The notes under the pieces are model-generated. The model made no database searches. It was not told the origin of the DNA and saw only the letters and a program-made list of their open reading frames with translations. The translations under genes were made by a program, and so were the position numbers. Positions 28,269 to 38,500 of a stretch of 64,000 bases of DNA are shown here, in pieces. Each line of letters opens with the position of its first letter. The stretch's first letter is position 1. This stretch comes from a virus, in IMG/VR virus record IMGVR_UViG_3300033146_000946, positions 1 to 64,000 of that record; one strand, 5' to 3'.

Positions 28269-29294
28269 ATGGCTTACAATGATTATTTGAAAAAAAATAC
28301 TAAACAGGCATTAAAAAATATTACTGAAGGTATTGAACGAGAAGGTGTAAGTTATCTTACTGGTTCTGTTAAAGATACCTCTTGGGATAAAAATGAACCT
28401 GATATTAATTTAGCATATAGTTCAGCTGAATCTTCTTATAGTGGTACTGATATTACTGCTGTTATTATTTATAATGAATGGATGGTTATATTAGGAAATG
28501 TAGAAACTATATCTTATTCATTACATCGTGATAAAATGCCAGTTAGAACATTAGGTCGAACATATGCAAAAGATTATGTTAGAGGTCAAAGAACGATTGC
28601 TGGTAGTTTGATTTTTGTTCAATTTGATGAAGCCCCACTTTATAAGTTATATGAATTTTTTAATAAGAAATTAGAAAATCAACATAGATTTAGTTCACCA
28701 GTTGCTGATGAAATTCCACCTTTCGATTTAATGTTAGTATTTAATAATGAATATGGTTACGGTTCAGTTATTAAAATGTATGGTGTTGAAATAGTTGATG
28801 AAGGTGGAACCTTTTCTATTAATGATATATACTCAGAAAATGTAATGCAATTTATTGCTAAAGATATAGATCCTATGGTATCTAATGGAAAAGATGATTC
28901 ATTTAAACGATTACTATTTGAAAAAATGACACAAGGTAAAGTTATTGATGAACATTATGCTTCACTGTTGGAATATAGAAAACGGATAGCTCGCGATTTA
29001 GCATTTTATGAAGGACAAATATCAAGTACGGCTAAGATTGCTAAAAAACGAGATCATAAAACAGATTGGAAACATGGACATAAAAGAAATGATAGAGCTA
29101 AAGAACATAATAATGATATTAAACAAGCTAAAAGTAAATATGAATTATTAACTAATAAAATAGAAAGTTTAATAGACGAATTAGCACGAATTGATAATGC
29201 TATTATGAAATATGAACAAACTAAAATGACTTGGGATATGAATGCTGCTGTAAGTGCAGATTATACTTCAAGTTCTGTATTTACAGATAAATAA
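28269..29294 (+). CDS. Tail tube paralogue 2 with C-terminal coiled coil
   Basis: Collinear motifs with 27520 ORF (SGTDI, ISYS..RDKMPVRTLG, RGQRTIAGSLIF, DEIPPF, GVEIVDEG..SIND). Confidence 0.8.
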   Translation: MAYNDYLKKNTKQALKNITEGIEREGVSYLTGSVKDTSWDKNEPDINLAYSSAESSYSGTDITAVIIYNEWMVILGNVETISYSLHRDKMPVRTLGRTYAKDYVRGQRTIAGSLIFVQFDEAPLYKLYEFFNKKLENQHRFSSPVADEIPPFDLMLVFNNEYGYGSVIKMYGVEIVDEGGTFSINDIYSENVMQFIAKDIDPMVSNGKDDSFKRLLFEKMTQGKVIDEHYASLLEYRKRIARDLAFYEGQISSTAKIAKKRDHKTDWKHGHKRNDRAKEHNNDIKQAKSKYELLTNKIESLIDELARIDNAIMKYEQTKMTWDMNAAVSADYTSSSVFTDK

Positions 29295-29306
29295 GGAATA
29301 TTAATA

Positions 29307-32300
29307 ATGAGTAAAACCAAAGATAATGTAACATATAGAGGTCGTAATGGAAAAACCAAAGTTGGATTAGATTCAGAAAGAGCTAAATTACATTATGATA
29401 TAAGACATCCTTATACTAATTCAGCTGTTGATAAATTAAAAAAAGAAATACATAATGCTCTTGATCATCAATTCTCTGTGCAAAGTCGTGGTCAATTAGC
29501 TTCTCCTCATAAATTCGATTCTAGATATAACTATGAAACTTATAAATATGATTACTATTCTGGTTCTCAAGCTAAAGTATTTTTAGGTGATATTTGGGTC
29601 GATGATATCGTTACTATTCAATATAATATTAGACAATCAAAAGAACCTATATATGGTTACGCTTCTCAAAATTATGATGCTGTTGCTGCTGGACAAATTA
29701 TCGGTCAAGGTAGTATGGTTATTGCTTTTAAAGAAGTAGGATATCTTAATGTAATTAAAGCTTATTTAGATGAACAAGCTGCAGGTGTTAAATTAGCTAT
29801 TGCTAATATTAAAAATAGATCAGCAGGTGGTGATAGTGATGTTTATTCTACTTCAGATTATTCGGCTCGTGTTACTGGATCTTTTAATCCTGGATTAATA
29901 AGACAAAGTGAAAATATAGAAACAGTATTGGATAAATTAAAAAATGCTGACTTAAAAGTTGAAACTTCAGATTCTTATGTTAAAGCAGAATATGGTGTTA
30001 AAGGTTCAACTGCTGATAAAGATATCGTTGCAGCTAAAAGAATAGTAACTTCTAATGATCAAAGAAAAAATTTAAATAATAATGTAGATTTTAATAGTGG
30101 ACATGGTAATAAAATAAAAGATTTTGAAGACGCTTCTGAAGTTCTTGAAGATGTTATATGGGGTGATAATAATGGTAAACCTTTTGGTTTAGATCAAAAA
30201 AAAGATGGATTATTAAGAGCTGATGAATTCGATTATGTAAAATCTAAAACAGGTGAGTTTAATGGTATTAAATCTGCTCGTGGTAATAATTATGAAGATG
30301 TAATGAATATATTAATTACTTTCGGAGATATGTCAGATAAACGTGCTGAACATACTCTATATCTTTTAAATGATATTCATTTTACTAGTCAAAATGTTAT
30401 TGTTAGTCCTACTGGTGAACCAATAGGAGAAGTATATGAATTCTTTTTTAGAGATATAAATAAAACAATTAATACTTCTTCTATTAATATAAATAAAATT
30501 AAATTTAATGTTGGAGTAGAAGAAGGTTTTTATTTAAGTCAATTAGAAGATGTTTATAATGCTATTAATAATAAACAATCAACTGTAACTATAAAACTTT
30601 TAACTTATTATGATGGTAAAAAATGGAATAAATTAGATGTATCATTTGATCCAATGTTAGAACCATTAGGCATGCCACCTCTAACTATTGATCCAAAACT
30701 CGGAAAAGATAAGTCATTAAATAATTATGTACAACAAGCAATATCTGATTATTTAAGTTTTTCTAGTGATATAGATAAGTCATTAAATTATGAAAAATTA
30801 TCTTTAACTGCTGAAATTTTAGGAATTAATGGTGTGGCTGAAGATGGTGCTATGGATGTAACTGGATTAGATTTAACTAAAACTAATGGTATTAATATGA
30901 TAGCTGAACGACAAGGTGAAATGGGTTTTAATTTTATAATAGTTTCTCCTGGTTCTAATCCTAGTTTAATCTTAGATATAATTAAACGTGAAGATTTCTT
31001 TACACCATCTGCTCCTGTATTAGAAAAATCGACTGAAGGAAAAGCTAAAACTAAACAATCTGAAGGAAAAGTTCATATTGGAAATATGGAAGGTGGATTA
31101 GGTGAAACAACTAGAACTGAACCAGATAAAGTGCAAATAACTAGAGATGATTCTAATCCAGGTACTGATGAAGAAGGTAAACCATTAACTGCAAAAGAAA
31201 TATTTGAAACTAATGGTGAAGATGCTACTTATTTAGATCAAAAACCAAATGAATTATTAGTTGCTTCTGTGATAGATGGTGATACATCAAATGTAATAGA
31301 AGATTTACATTATGATCCATTATTTAATTCATTCACATATACAACAGTTGATGATACTGGAGCTAAAAGTGTTAATTTTGTTGATGTTAATAAATTAGAT
31401 ATAGATACTATGGATACATTAATAACTAATGCTGTTGATGGTGACTTTGATCTTAGTGTTGCTGAATTAGAAGAAGTATTAACTCAATCTGAAGAAGAAT
31501 ATGAACAATTAAAAGAATATAATAAACAACATAAAAAAGTTAATGAGTTAATAGATGAAACTGATCCTGTTATAAAAGAAGAAGTATTTGATGATCCAAT
31601 ATTTGCAAATTCAACATACGAAGTAAAAGAAGCAGCTGCTGCTGCAGTTGAAGAGTATGAAACAGGTAATATTTCATATAGAGAATTACGACATAAATTA
31701 AATAAAATTGGTCGAGTTGATAGGTCCCAAGGTCGAGCAGATGATAAAATAGTACATGAATCATATAAAGATCTTAGATCTACTATAAGACATGCAGAAT
31801 TAACAAGACAACAAGAAAAAGATGCAATAGATGCTCTTAAATCTGTTACTAATACTAAATATCTTAATAAAGATGAAAAATTATCACAACATAAAGATTT
31901 ATATAAATTTGTAATGGATGATTCACAAGAAAATGAATATAATAAATCTATTGATGAAAATGTTAAAAAAACATATAAATATATTAAGAAAGTTATTAGA
32001 CATTCTGAATTAACCGATTTTCAAGAATCACAAATGAAAAACTTTTTGAATATTGTAGAAGATAGTACATTAATAACTAATATTCAAAAAGCAAATACTC
32101 TTGGTATACTTTATGATAAGATTATAAGTACTTCAAATAAAAATGAATATAACAATCAAATTAAAGAAAATTTATCTGATTCAAATGAGTATTTATATAA
32201 TCTTATAGAAAAATCTGATGTTCCTGATAATGAAAAACAAAATGTTATAGCTGCCATAAAATCTATAAATGATACATTATATTTATCTAATGAAGAGAAA

Positions 32301-34382
32301 CTTGGTAAACATATTGATTTATATAATTTTATAATGGAAGATATAAATGATGCAGAATATAATAAAAATATAGATGAACATGTAGATGAAACTTATAAAT
32401 ATGTTAAAAAAATAATTAGAAAAGCTAATTTAAATGATAATGATAAAGACTATTTAAAAGAATCATTAAAAGATATTCATAATACCTCTAATTTAAATAA
32501 TATAACTAAAGCTTATATTATGGGTAACTTATATGATGAGACTATGGATATTTCCCAGAATAATGATTATAATGATCAATTAGAAGAAAATTTAGATAAA
32601 TCGACTAAATATATTAATAAATTTATTAAGAAAAATAATTTAACATTTACACAACAATTAGCTGGATTAAATACATTAGATATTATTAATTCAGATACAT
32701 ATTTAAGTATTGAAGAAAAATTAAATCAACATGGAGTTATATATGATAATCTTTATAATATTGTATCCGAAAATTATTATTCTCAAGGATTATCAGCTAA
32801 TTTAAAAGAATCTACTGAATTTATGACAGAATTTATTAATGATCAAGAATTAAAATTTGATCAATATGATCAAGCATTAGATACATTAAAATCAGTTAAT
32901 TCAACTGAATATTTAACTGATGAAGAAAAATTAGTTCAACATGGTTATTTATATAAATATGTTAGTCAAGAAAATATAGAATATTTAACTGATGAAAGTG
33001 AAAATGAAGATACATATCCAATTGAAATTAAATCTACATTAAAAGATTCTAAAATTGATAATAAGGAAATAGTACAAGATATTATTCGAGAACAAAATGA
33101 TACTGTTCATAATAATATAATTGATAATTCACAAGAACGATTAGAACATTATAAAACTAATATAAATGAATCTTTATCTGATGATGTTAGAGATAAGAAA
33201 ATTATAGAATCAATTAATCAAGATATGAAAACATTAGAAAATACTAGAGATATTTCAACTCCTAATAACGATCTTAATAATCCTATTAAATCTGAAGTTA
33301 GTTCAAAATTAGAAGAAATTAAAACTATTGATTCTAATGCAGCAAATTATCCTTCTGAAGCAACTACTGTAAATTCAACTGAAAGTACAGCATTTAATAA
33401 AACAGAAAAACAAGCATTTGAAAATGCTAATAAAGCTGTAAAACAAAAACAACAATTAATAGAACATGCTGATAAAATAGTAAATGACATAAATGATATA
33501 ACAAATGATAAACCTAAATCTAGAAATAAATCTAATCCTTATGAAATTAATGATTTAGATGAATTAGAAATTGCAACAAAAGCAATTGATGAAAATTCAG
33601 CATATAAATTAAATACAACAGCTGAATATAAAACAGAAGAAAAAAATGCTTCTAATCTTAAAATAATTGATTATGTTGATATGGCAAATGGTGTTGACTC
33701 TGATTCTGGTAGACCTAATACTGAAAATGGTGCAGGTGCTAGTTCAGGTGGTGTTGGTGGTGTAAAACATGATAATACATATAAACATGATAAAACTTTT
33801 AGAGAATTTACAAATGTAGCTCCTACTTCATTTAAGAAAAGTGGAGTATTTTCCAAATATGCTGAAGTAGAATTAGATACAAATGCTAAAAAAGGTGAAA
33901 AATATATTGCAAAAGTAGAAGATAGTGCCGCTCTCAGAATAGCAGTAAAAGCACAAGATGTAAAATATAACTTTGGTGGTAAAGATTTAGAAAATAATAC
34001 TATAGATTGTTCAGGATTTGCTGTATATGTAAATAATCAATTAGCTATGGATCATGGTAAGGAAAGACGACCAATTCTTAAATCACATAATACTAGTGCT
34101 CAAGATTTATATAATTATTCAATAGAAACAAATAAACCTCAACCAGGAGATATGGCATTTTTATATAGTTCTAAACGTGGTAAAATTGGACATGTAGTTG
34201 TTTATATGGGTACAACTAAAGATGGTAAAGCTGTTGTTATGGATGCTAGAGGTGGTGGTAAACATAAAGTTTATACTCAGATATTAGAAGATATGCCTTC
34301 TTGGAGTAAACATTTATCAGGATGGAGAACATTAAAAGGACAAGTTAATAATACTAATATAGATCCAAAAGATTTATTATAA
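29307..34382 (+). CDS. Tube-like domain + helical repeats + C-terminal NlpC/P60 peptidase
   Basis: N-term YSGSQ..IQY..KEPIYGY..GSMVIAF; C-term YNFGG..DCSGF..PQPGDMAF..GHV. Confidence 0.85.
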   Translation: MSKTKDNVTYRGRNGKTKVGLDSERAKLHYDIRHPYTNSAVDKLKKEIHNALDHQFSVQSRGQLASPHKFDSRYNYETYKYDYYSGSQAKVFLGDIWVDDIVTIQYNIRQSKEPIYGYASQNYDAVAAGQIIGQGSMVIAFKEVGYLNVIKAYLDEQAAGVKLAIANIKNRSAGGDSDVYSTSDYSARVTGSFNPGLIRQSENIETVLDKLKNADLKVETSDSYVKAEYGVKGSTADKDIVAAKRIVTSNDQRKNLNNNVDFNSGHGNKIKDFEDASEVLEDVIWGDNNGKPFGLDQKKDGLLRADEFDYVKSKTGEFNGIKSARGNNYEDVMNILITFGDMSDKRAEHTLYLLNDIHFTSQNVIVSPTGEPIGEVYEFFFRDINKTINTSSININKIKFNVGVEEGFYLSQLEDVYNAINNKQSTVTIKLLTYYDGKKWNKLDVSFDPMLEPLGMPPLTIDPKLGKDKSLNNYVQQAISDYLSFSSDIDKSLNYEKLSLTAEILGINGVAEDGAMDVTGLDLTKTNGINMIAERQGEMGFNFIIVSPGSNPSLILDIIKREDFFTPSAPVLEKSTEGKAKTKQSEGKVHIGNMEGGLGETTRTEPDKVQITRDDSNPGTDEEGKPLTAKEIFETNGEDATYLDQKPNELLVASVIDGDTSNVIEDLHYDPLFNSFTYTTVDDTGAKSVNFVDVNKLDIDTMDTLITNAVDGDFDLSVAELEEVLTQSEEEYEQLKEYNKQHKKVNELIDETDPVIKEEVFDDPIFANSTYEVKEAAAAAVEEYETGNISYRELRHKLNKIGRVDRSQGRADDKIVHESYKDLRSTIRHAELTRQQEKDAIDALKSVTNTKYLNKDEKLSQHKDLYKFVMDDSQENEYNKSIDENVKKTYKYIKKVIRHSELTDFQESQMKNFLNIVEDSTLITNIQKANTLGILYDKIISTSNKNEYNNQIKENLSDSNEYLYNLIEKSDVPDNEKQNVIAAIKSINDTLYLSNEEKLGKHIDLYNFIMEDINDAEYNKNIDEHVDETYKYVKKIIRKANLNDNDKDYLKESLKDIHNTSNLNNITKAYIMGNLYDETMDISQNNDYNDQLEENLDKSTKYINKFIKKNNLTFTQQLAGLNTLDIINSDTYLSIEEKLNQHGVIYDNLYNIVSENYYSQGLSANLKESTEFMTEFINDQELKFDQYDQALDTLKSVNSTEYLTDEEKLVQHGYLYKYVSQENIEYLTDESENEDTYPIEIKSTLKDSKIDNKEIVQDIIREQNDTVHNNIIDNSQERLEHYKTNINESLSDDVRDKKIIESINQDMKTLENTRDISTPNNDLNNPIKSEVSSKLEEIKTIDSNAANYPSEATTVNSTESTAFNKTEKQAFENANKAVKQKQQLIEHADKIVNDINDITNDKPKSRNKSNPYEINDLDELEIATKAIDENSAYKLNTTAEYKTEEKNASNLKIIDYVDMANGVDSDSGRPNTENGAGASSGGVGGVKHDNTYKHDKTFREFTNVAPTSFKKSGVFSKYAEVELDTNAKKGEKYIAKVEDSAALRIAVKAQDVKYNFGGKDLENNTIDCSGFAVYVNNQLAMDHGKERRPILKSHNTSAQDLYNYSIETNKPQPGDMAFLYSSKRGKIGHVVVYMGTTKDGKAVVMDARGGGKHKVYTQILEDMPSWSKHLSGWRTLKGQVNNTNIDPKDLL

Positions 34383-34386
34383 AAAA

Positions 34387-34400
34387 TACTATACTACATA
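34387..34400 (+). promoter_or_regulatory. Putative late promoter motif TACTATACTACATA
   Basis: Intergenic, 49 nt before the ATG. Confidence 0.7.
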
Positions 34401-34435
34401 CAAACCATAAATTATCAATAATAGGAGGTATAATT

Positions 34436-34738
34436 ATGGCAGTAACAAAAGAACAAATTGAAAAATGGAAAGCGGAGTTTGGTAAAATTTATAAGATAAC
34501 TCCTGTGTCAGATCTAGAAATAATCTATAAACCTTTATCTAGGAATGATTATATGGATATTATGTCAAAACAAATTGAAGGTTTGATTGAAGATCCTGAA
34601 ATTGAAACTGTTAAATTATGTATCTTAAATGATATAGATGAAAATGATCTTTATTCACGAGGTGGTATTGCTACTGTTGTGTATGAAGATATTATGAAAC
34701 GTTCTGGATTTACAATTGTAGAATCAGAAGAACTATAA
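34436..34738 (+). CDS. Tail assembly chaperone candidate
   Basis: EQIEKWKAEFGKIY..IIYKPLSR.DY..IMKRSGF; position before the tape-measure locus; AGGAGG RBS. Confidence 0.65.
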   Translation: MAVTKEQIEKWKAEFGKIYKITPVSDLEIIYKPLSRNDYMDIMSKQIEGLIEDPEIETVKLCILNDIDENDLYSRGGIATVVYEDIMKRSGFTIVESEEL

Positions 34739-34765
34739 TATTTATTTAATATTTTAACATATATT

Positions 34766-34794
34766 AAGGGAGAGTCTTTACTCTCCCTTTCTTT
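34766..34794 (+). terminator. Intrinsic terminator
   Basis: AAGGGAGAGT-cttt-ACTCTCCCTT followed by TCTTT. Confidence 0.8.
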
Positions 34795-34968
34795 ATAAAC
34801 TATCATTTATTAAGAACTAATCTATTATATCTTTATATATATATTATATAATCGCTGGCGCTCAGTTGGTTATATCCAAAAAATAATTAATGACAATACT
34901 ATTGTCAAGAAAAATTTTAAAAAACTTTATAGTATACTATATATAGTAAATTAGTATAAGGAGTTTAC

Positions 34969-35505
34969 ATGAATTTAACAAGACAAACCAAGTTATATAA
35001 ATCTACTTTTGATGATAAAGAAGTAATATATCGAACTTTAAATATAACTGAAATCAATGTTATTAATAATATATCTAATACTTATTATAAATATGATGTA
35101 GCATATGATCTAGCAGTAATTAATAAAGATGATGAAATCAATTATTTAATTAAACAACAAATTGGAAAAGATATTATTGAATCTTCAGCTTTATCTTTAT
35201 CTGACGATATGATATTATCTTTAACTGTTGATGGATTTAGAGAATCAGTTAAAAATGATTTTACTTTAACTCTAATTCCACAAATAATGAATGTATTAAA
35301 TGTTAATTTAGAATATCTACTATCTTTAACAATTGATGATTTAATTGAATTAACTGCTTTATGTGAAATTATGACTAATAAAAAAATATTTAAAGATATA
35401 GATATGCCAAAAGAAGATGTTGCAATTAAAAATGATAATCCACAATTTTTTCCAGAAGATGGAAAATCATTACAAGATAAAATGAAAGAACTAGAAGGTT
35501 TTTAA
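34969..35505 (+). CDS. Second tail assembly chaperone candidate
   Basis: VIYRTLNITE resembles IIYKPLSRND of the preceding gene; coupled to the giant gene. Confidence 0.55.
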   Translation: MNLTRQTKLYKSTFDDKEVIYRTLNITEINVINNISNTYYKYDVAYDLAVINKDDEINYLIKQQIGKDIIESSALSLSDDMILSLTVDGFRESVKNDFTLTLIPQIMNVLNVNLEYLLSLTIDDLIELTALCEIMTNKKIFKDIDMPKEDVAIKNDNPQFFPEDGKSLQDKMKELEGF

Positions 35506-38500
35506 TGTCACACTATGATCCTTATCAGGATAATAACGATAGCTATTATAATCCGCAAAGTAATGTTAATAATAAAGAAAGTGTAGTTCATTCAATAGGC
35601 AGTGCTATTGGAGAAACTGCTAAATCTTTAGTTGGTCAATTAATTGTTCATACTGTTGTTAAATCTGTTGGAAAATTAGCAGGTCGAGGAATCGCAAATG
35701 CTCAACGTTCAAGAGCTACAATGAGATTAAAGCAGAAGAATTTATCATCTTCTCAAAGATCAATGTATCAACGATTATCAAAAGCGGAAACATTTACAGA
35801 TGTATTATCAGCTAGAAGTAAAACATTCGATAGGGTTAGAACTAACGCATGGCGACAAAAGTCAAAAAATATTTTAGAAAAACGTGAAAATGTTTATAAT
35901 AGATTAAAAACTAGAAATCCAATTGGAGCGGAAGCATATAAAGTTAAATCTGCTTTTAAAAATTCTGATACATTTATGGCTGTAGCTATGCATAATGTAG
36001 GTGAATCTATATTAGAAGGATCCATTATAGGATACGCTTACGATGCAGCTACTGGTCAATTAGGACATATGGGTGTAAGAGACGATCTATCTACTTGGAA
36101 TTTACCAGGACATGCTGTAAACTACGCTAAATATATGGTAAAAAATGCTGTTAACTTTGGAGTAATGGGAAATCTTGGTAATATTAAAAGATTTGGCCAA
36201 GCTGGTGCCGCAAATGTTGGTAAAAATTTCTTGAAACATAATAAAGGTTTTGAAGATGCAGTATTAGGATTTGCATCTAAAGTATCTAATGTTAGATATA
36301 AAGGTGCTATGAAACATGGTAGTGATACTGATTATAAAGCACAAGCATTTCAACATGAAATAAATGATAGTTTATTAAAGAAAGTAAAAGATAATGTTGG
36401 CGCAGCACTATCTACTTATACCGATACTATTGCTCCTATGATGCATGAATCATTACATAAACCATTTCAACGCAAACCTACAAAAACACCACAACCAACT
36501 GCTACTCAAAGTGCTGTCAAATTTCAAGATAAAGTTAAACATGGATTGGATCAAGTAAAAAATAGTTTTGAACATAAACGTAATGAGCGAGCAAATAGAT
36601 TATCAAAAGATGTAGATAAAGGTGGATTTGCTATTGCTGATGTTTTATCAGATATGGGTGCAAGATCTAATAATCAATCTGTATTAACTCAACATGGTAA
36701 TTCTAAACAAGCTATAGATGAAATGTTAATGAACCAAAAATCTAGTAGAGGATTTTTAGCTCAAATGTTTGGATTACAACAAACATCTTTAAAAGATACT
36801 TTAACAAAAGATAAAATAGCTGATATAGCTCATGGTATATCTAAATTTACTGATACAAAAGAAGAAATGTTAATTAGACAACTTGGTAATGTTAAAGTTG
36901 GAAATACATTTTTTAAAAAAGGTAAATTTAATGTAGATATGAATTATATGAATCCTCTAAATGTAGTAAAAAGAGGAATGGCTAATATACTTCAATCTAA
37001 TGCTAAAATGTTATATAAATTACCAATGGTTGGAAAATCATTATCATTGGGTGCTATTACTATGTCTGATACTATTCTTGGTACAGAATATAACGCTTTT
37101 TCTTTTAATAATACTGGTACTGGATTTGGATTTGTAGTAGGAACTAAAGGTGGTCCTAAACAAATAGATGATTTATTACGTGAACCTGGTATTTTAAAAC
37201 AAGGATCTAATACTAGTGGCGTTAATGTACATATGGTTAATGATAAATTATATGCTATAGATGGTGCAACTATTACTAAATTAGATTCATATAATGTAGC
37301 AATTAAAGAAACGAGTCCTGCATCTAAATCATTAAGTGAAATGAAAAAGCATGATATGGAAGAATATTTATATCAGAATGCTAAAAACACAGTACCAACA
37401 TCAAAAAGCGAAGCTATAGCAGCTTATGCTAATAATATTAAAAAACAACGAGATGGTTTAGGGTTTTTTGGAAAATTATCAGCTGCTGTATCATGGGATA
37501 AATTAAGTTCTAGTAATGCTATGCAAGGTTTAAAAGAAATCTTTAATATGAAGATTATGCCTAATGGACAAGTACATAGTGTAAAACAACAATTATATGA
37601 CCAAATGGTTGGATCATTTTATGGTAAAGATCCTATATTTAATAAACAAGAAATGATGTCTGTTGGTCGAACAATGTTAGAATCTACTGAACATCATTTA
37701 GCTAATGTTATAAATAGACCACATGTAATAAAACAATTAGCAGAACGTTCAAGTGGATTTATGAATAAAAATAATCTTGGATGGATGTGGGATGATACTG
37801 AATTTGTTCAATTATTACGAGAAGGACGAGCACCTAATGGTGTTATTGATAAAGATTTTTATAAAACATTTTTATCTGATGATGAATCTAAAGCATTATA
37901 TCATACAGTAATACAAAATCCTCGTCGAGCTAAAAAACATATAACACGAGATAGAGTTGGAGCTAGACCAGATTTAGATGCACTTACACAATTACGTACT
38001 AAATTTGCTATGAATGGTTTAGGTAAAGTCGAAGGTGTTGATAGAATGTTAAGTGGTGCAGATTTCTTACATAGACAAGGATTAATAAGTCATTCAGAAG
38101 CAACTGCTATGAAACTTCATGGTAAATTAAATACTATGTTTGCAAAATCTAAAACCTATTTTGGTGAATTAGATCCTGAAATAGTGGATTTAACAGAAAT
38201 GCAAAAATTGTTTAAAGGTAAAAAAGATGGTGTAATAATAAAACAAAATGAATTATTAGATTATGTTATGCAAGATGAAATGCGTAAACCATCTTTAGTT
38301 TATTCAAAAGCAAGATTAGCAGATACGTTATATAGAAATCCAGATGCACCTATGTTTGGATTAGCTCGCGATACAACTCAAGCGATAGGTATATCCTATA
38401 AAAGTGATTCTGATAAGAATATGGCTATGGGTTTAAAAGTATTAAATGTAGGAGCAAATAGAGTATCACATCTAGTATCTGATACATTTAATGCTGTTGG

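Noticed and set aside
34854-34875. tRNA (GCTCAGTTGGTTA resembles a D-arm)
   Set aside because: No anticodon arm, T-arm (GTTCRA) or acceptor stem follows
34700-34969. Programmed frameshift joining the chaperone genes
   Set aside because: No slippery heptamer at the end of the first gene; a terminator and about 230 nt of non-coding DNA intervene
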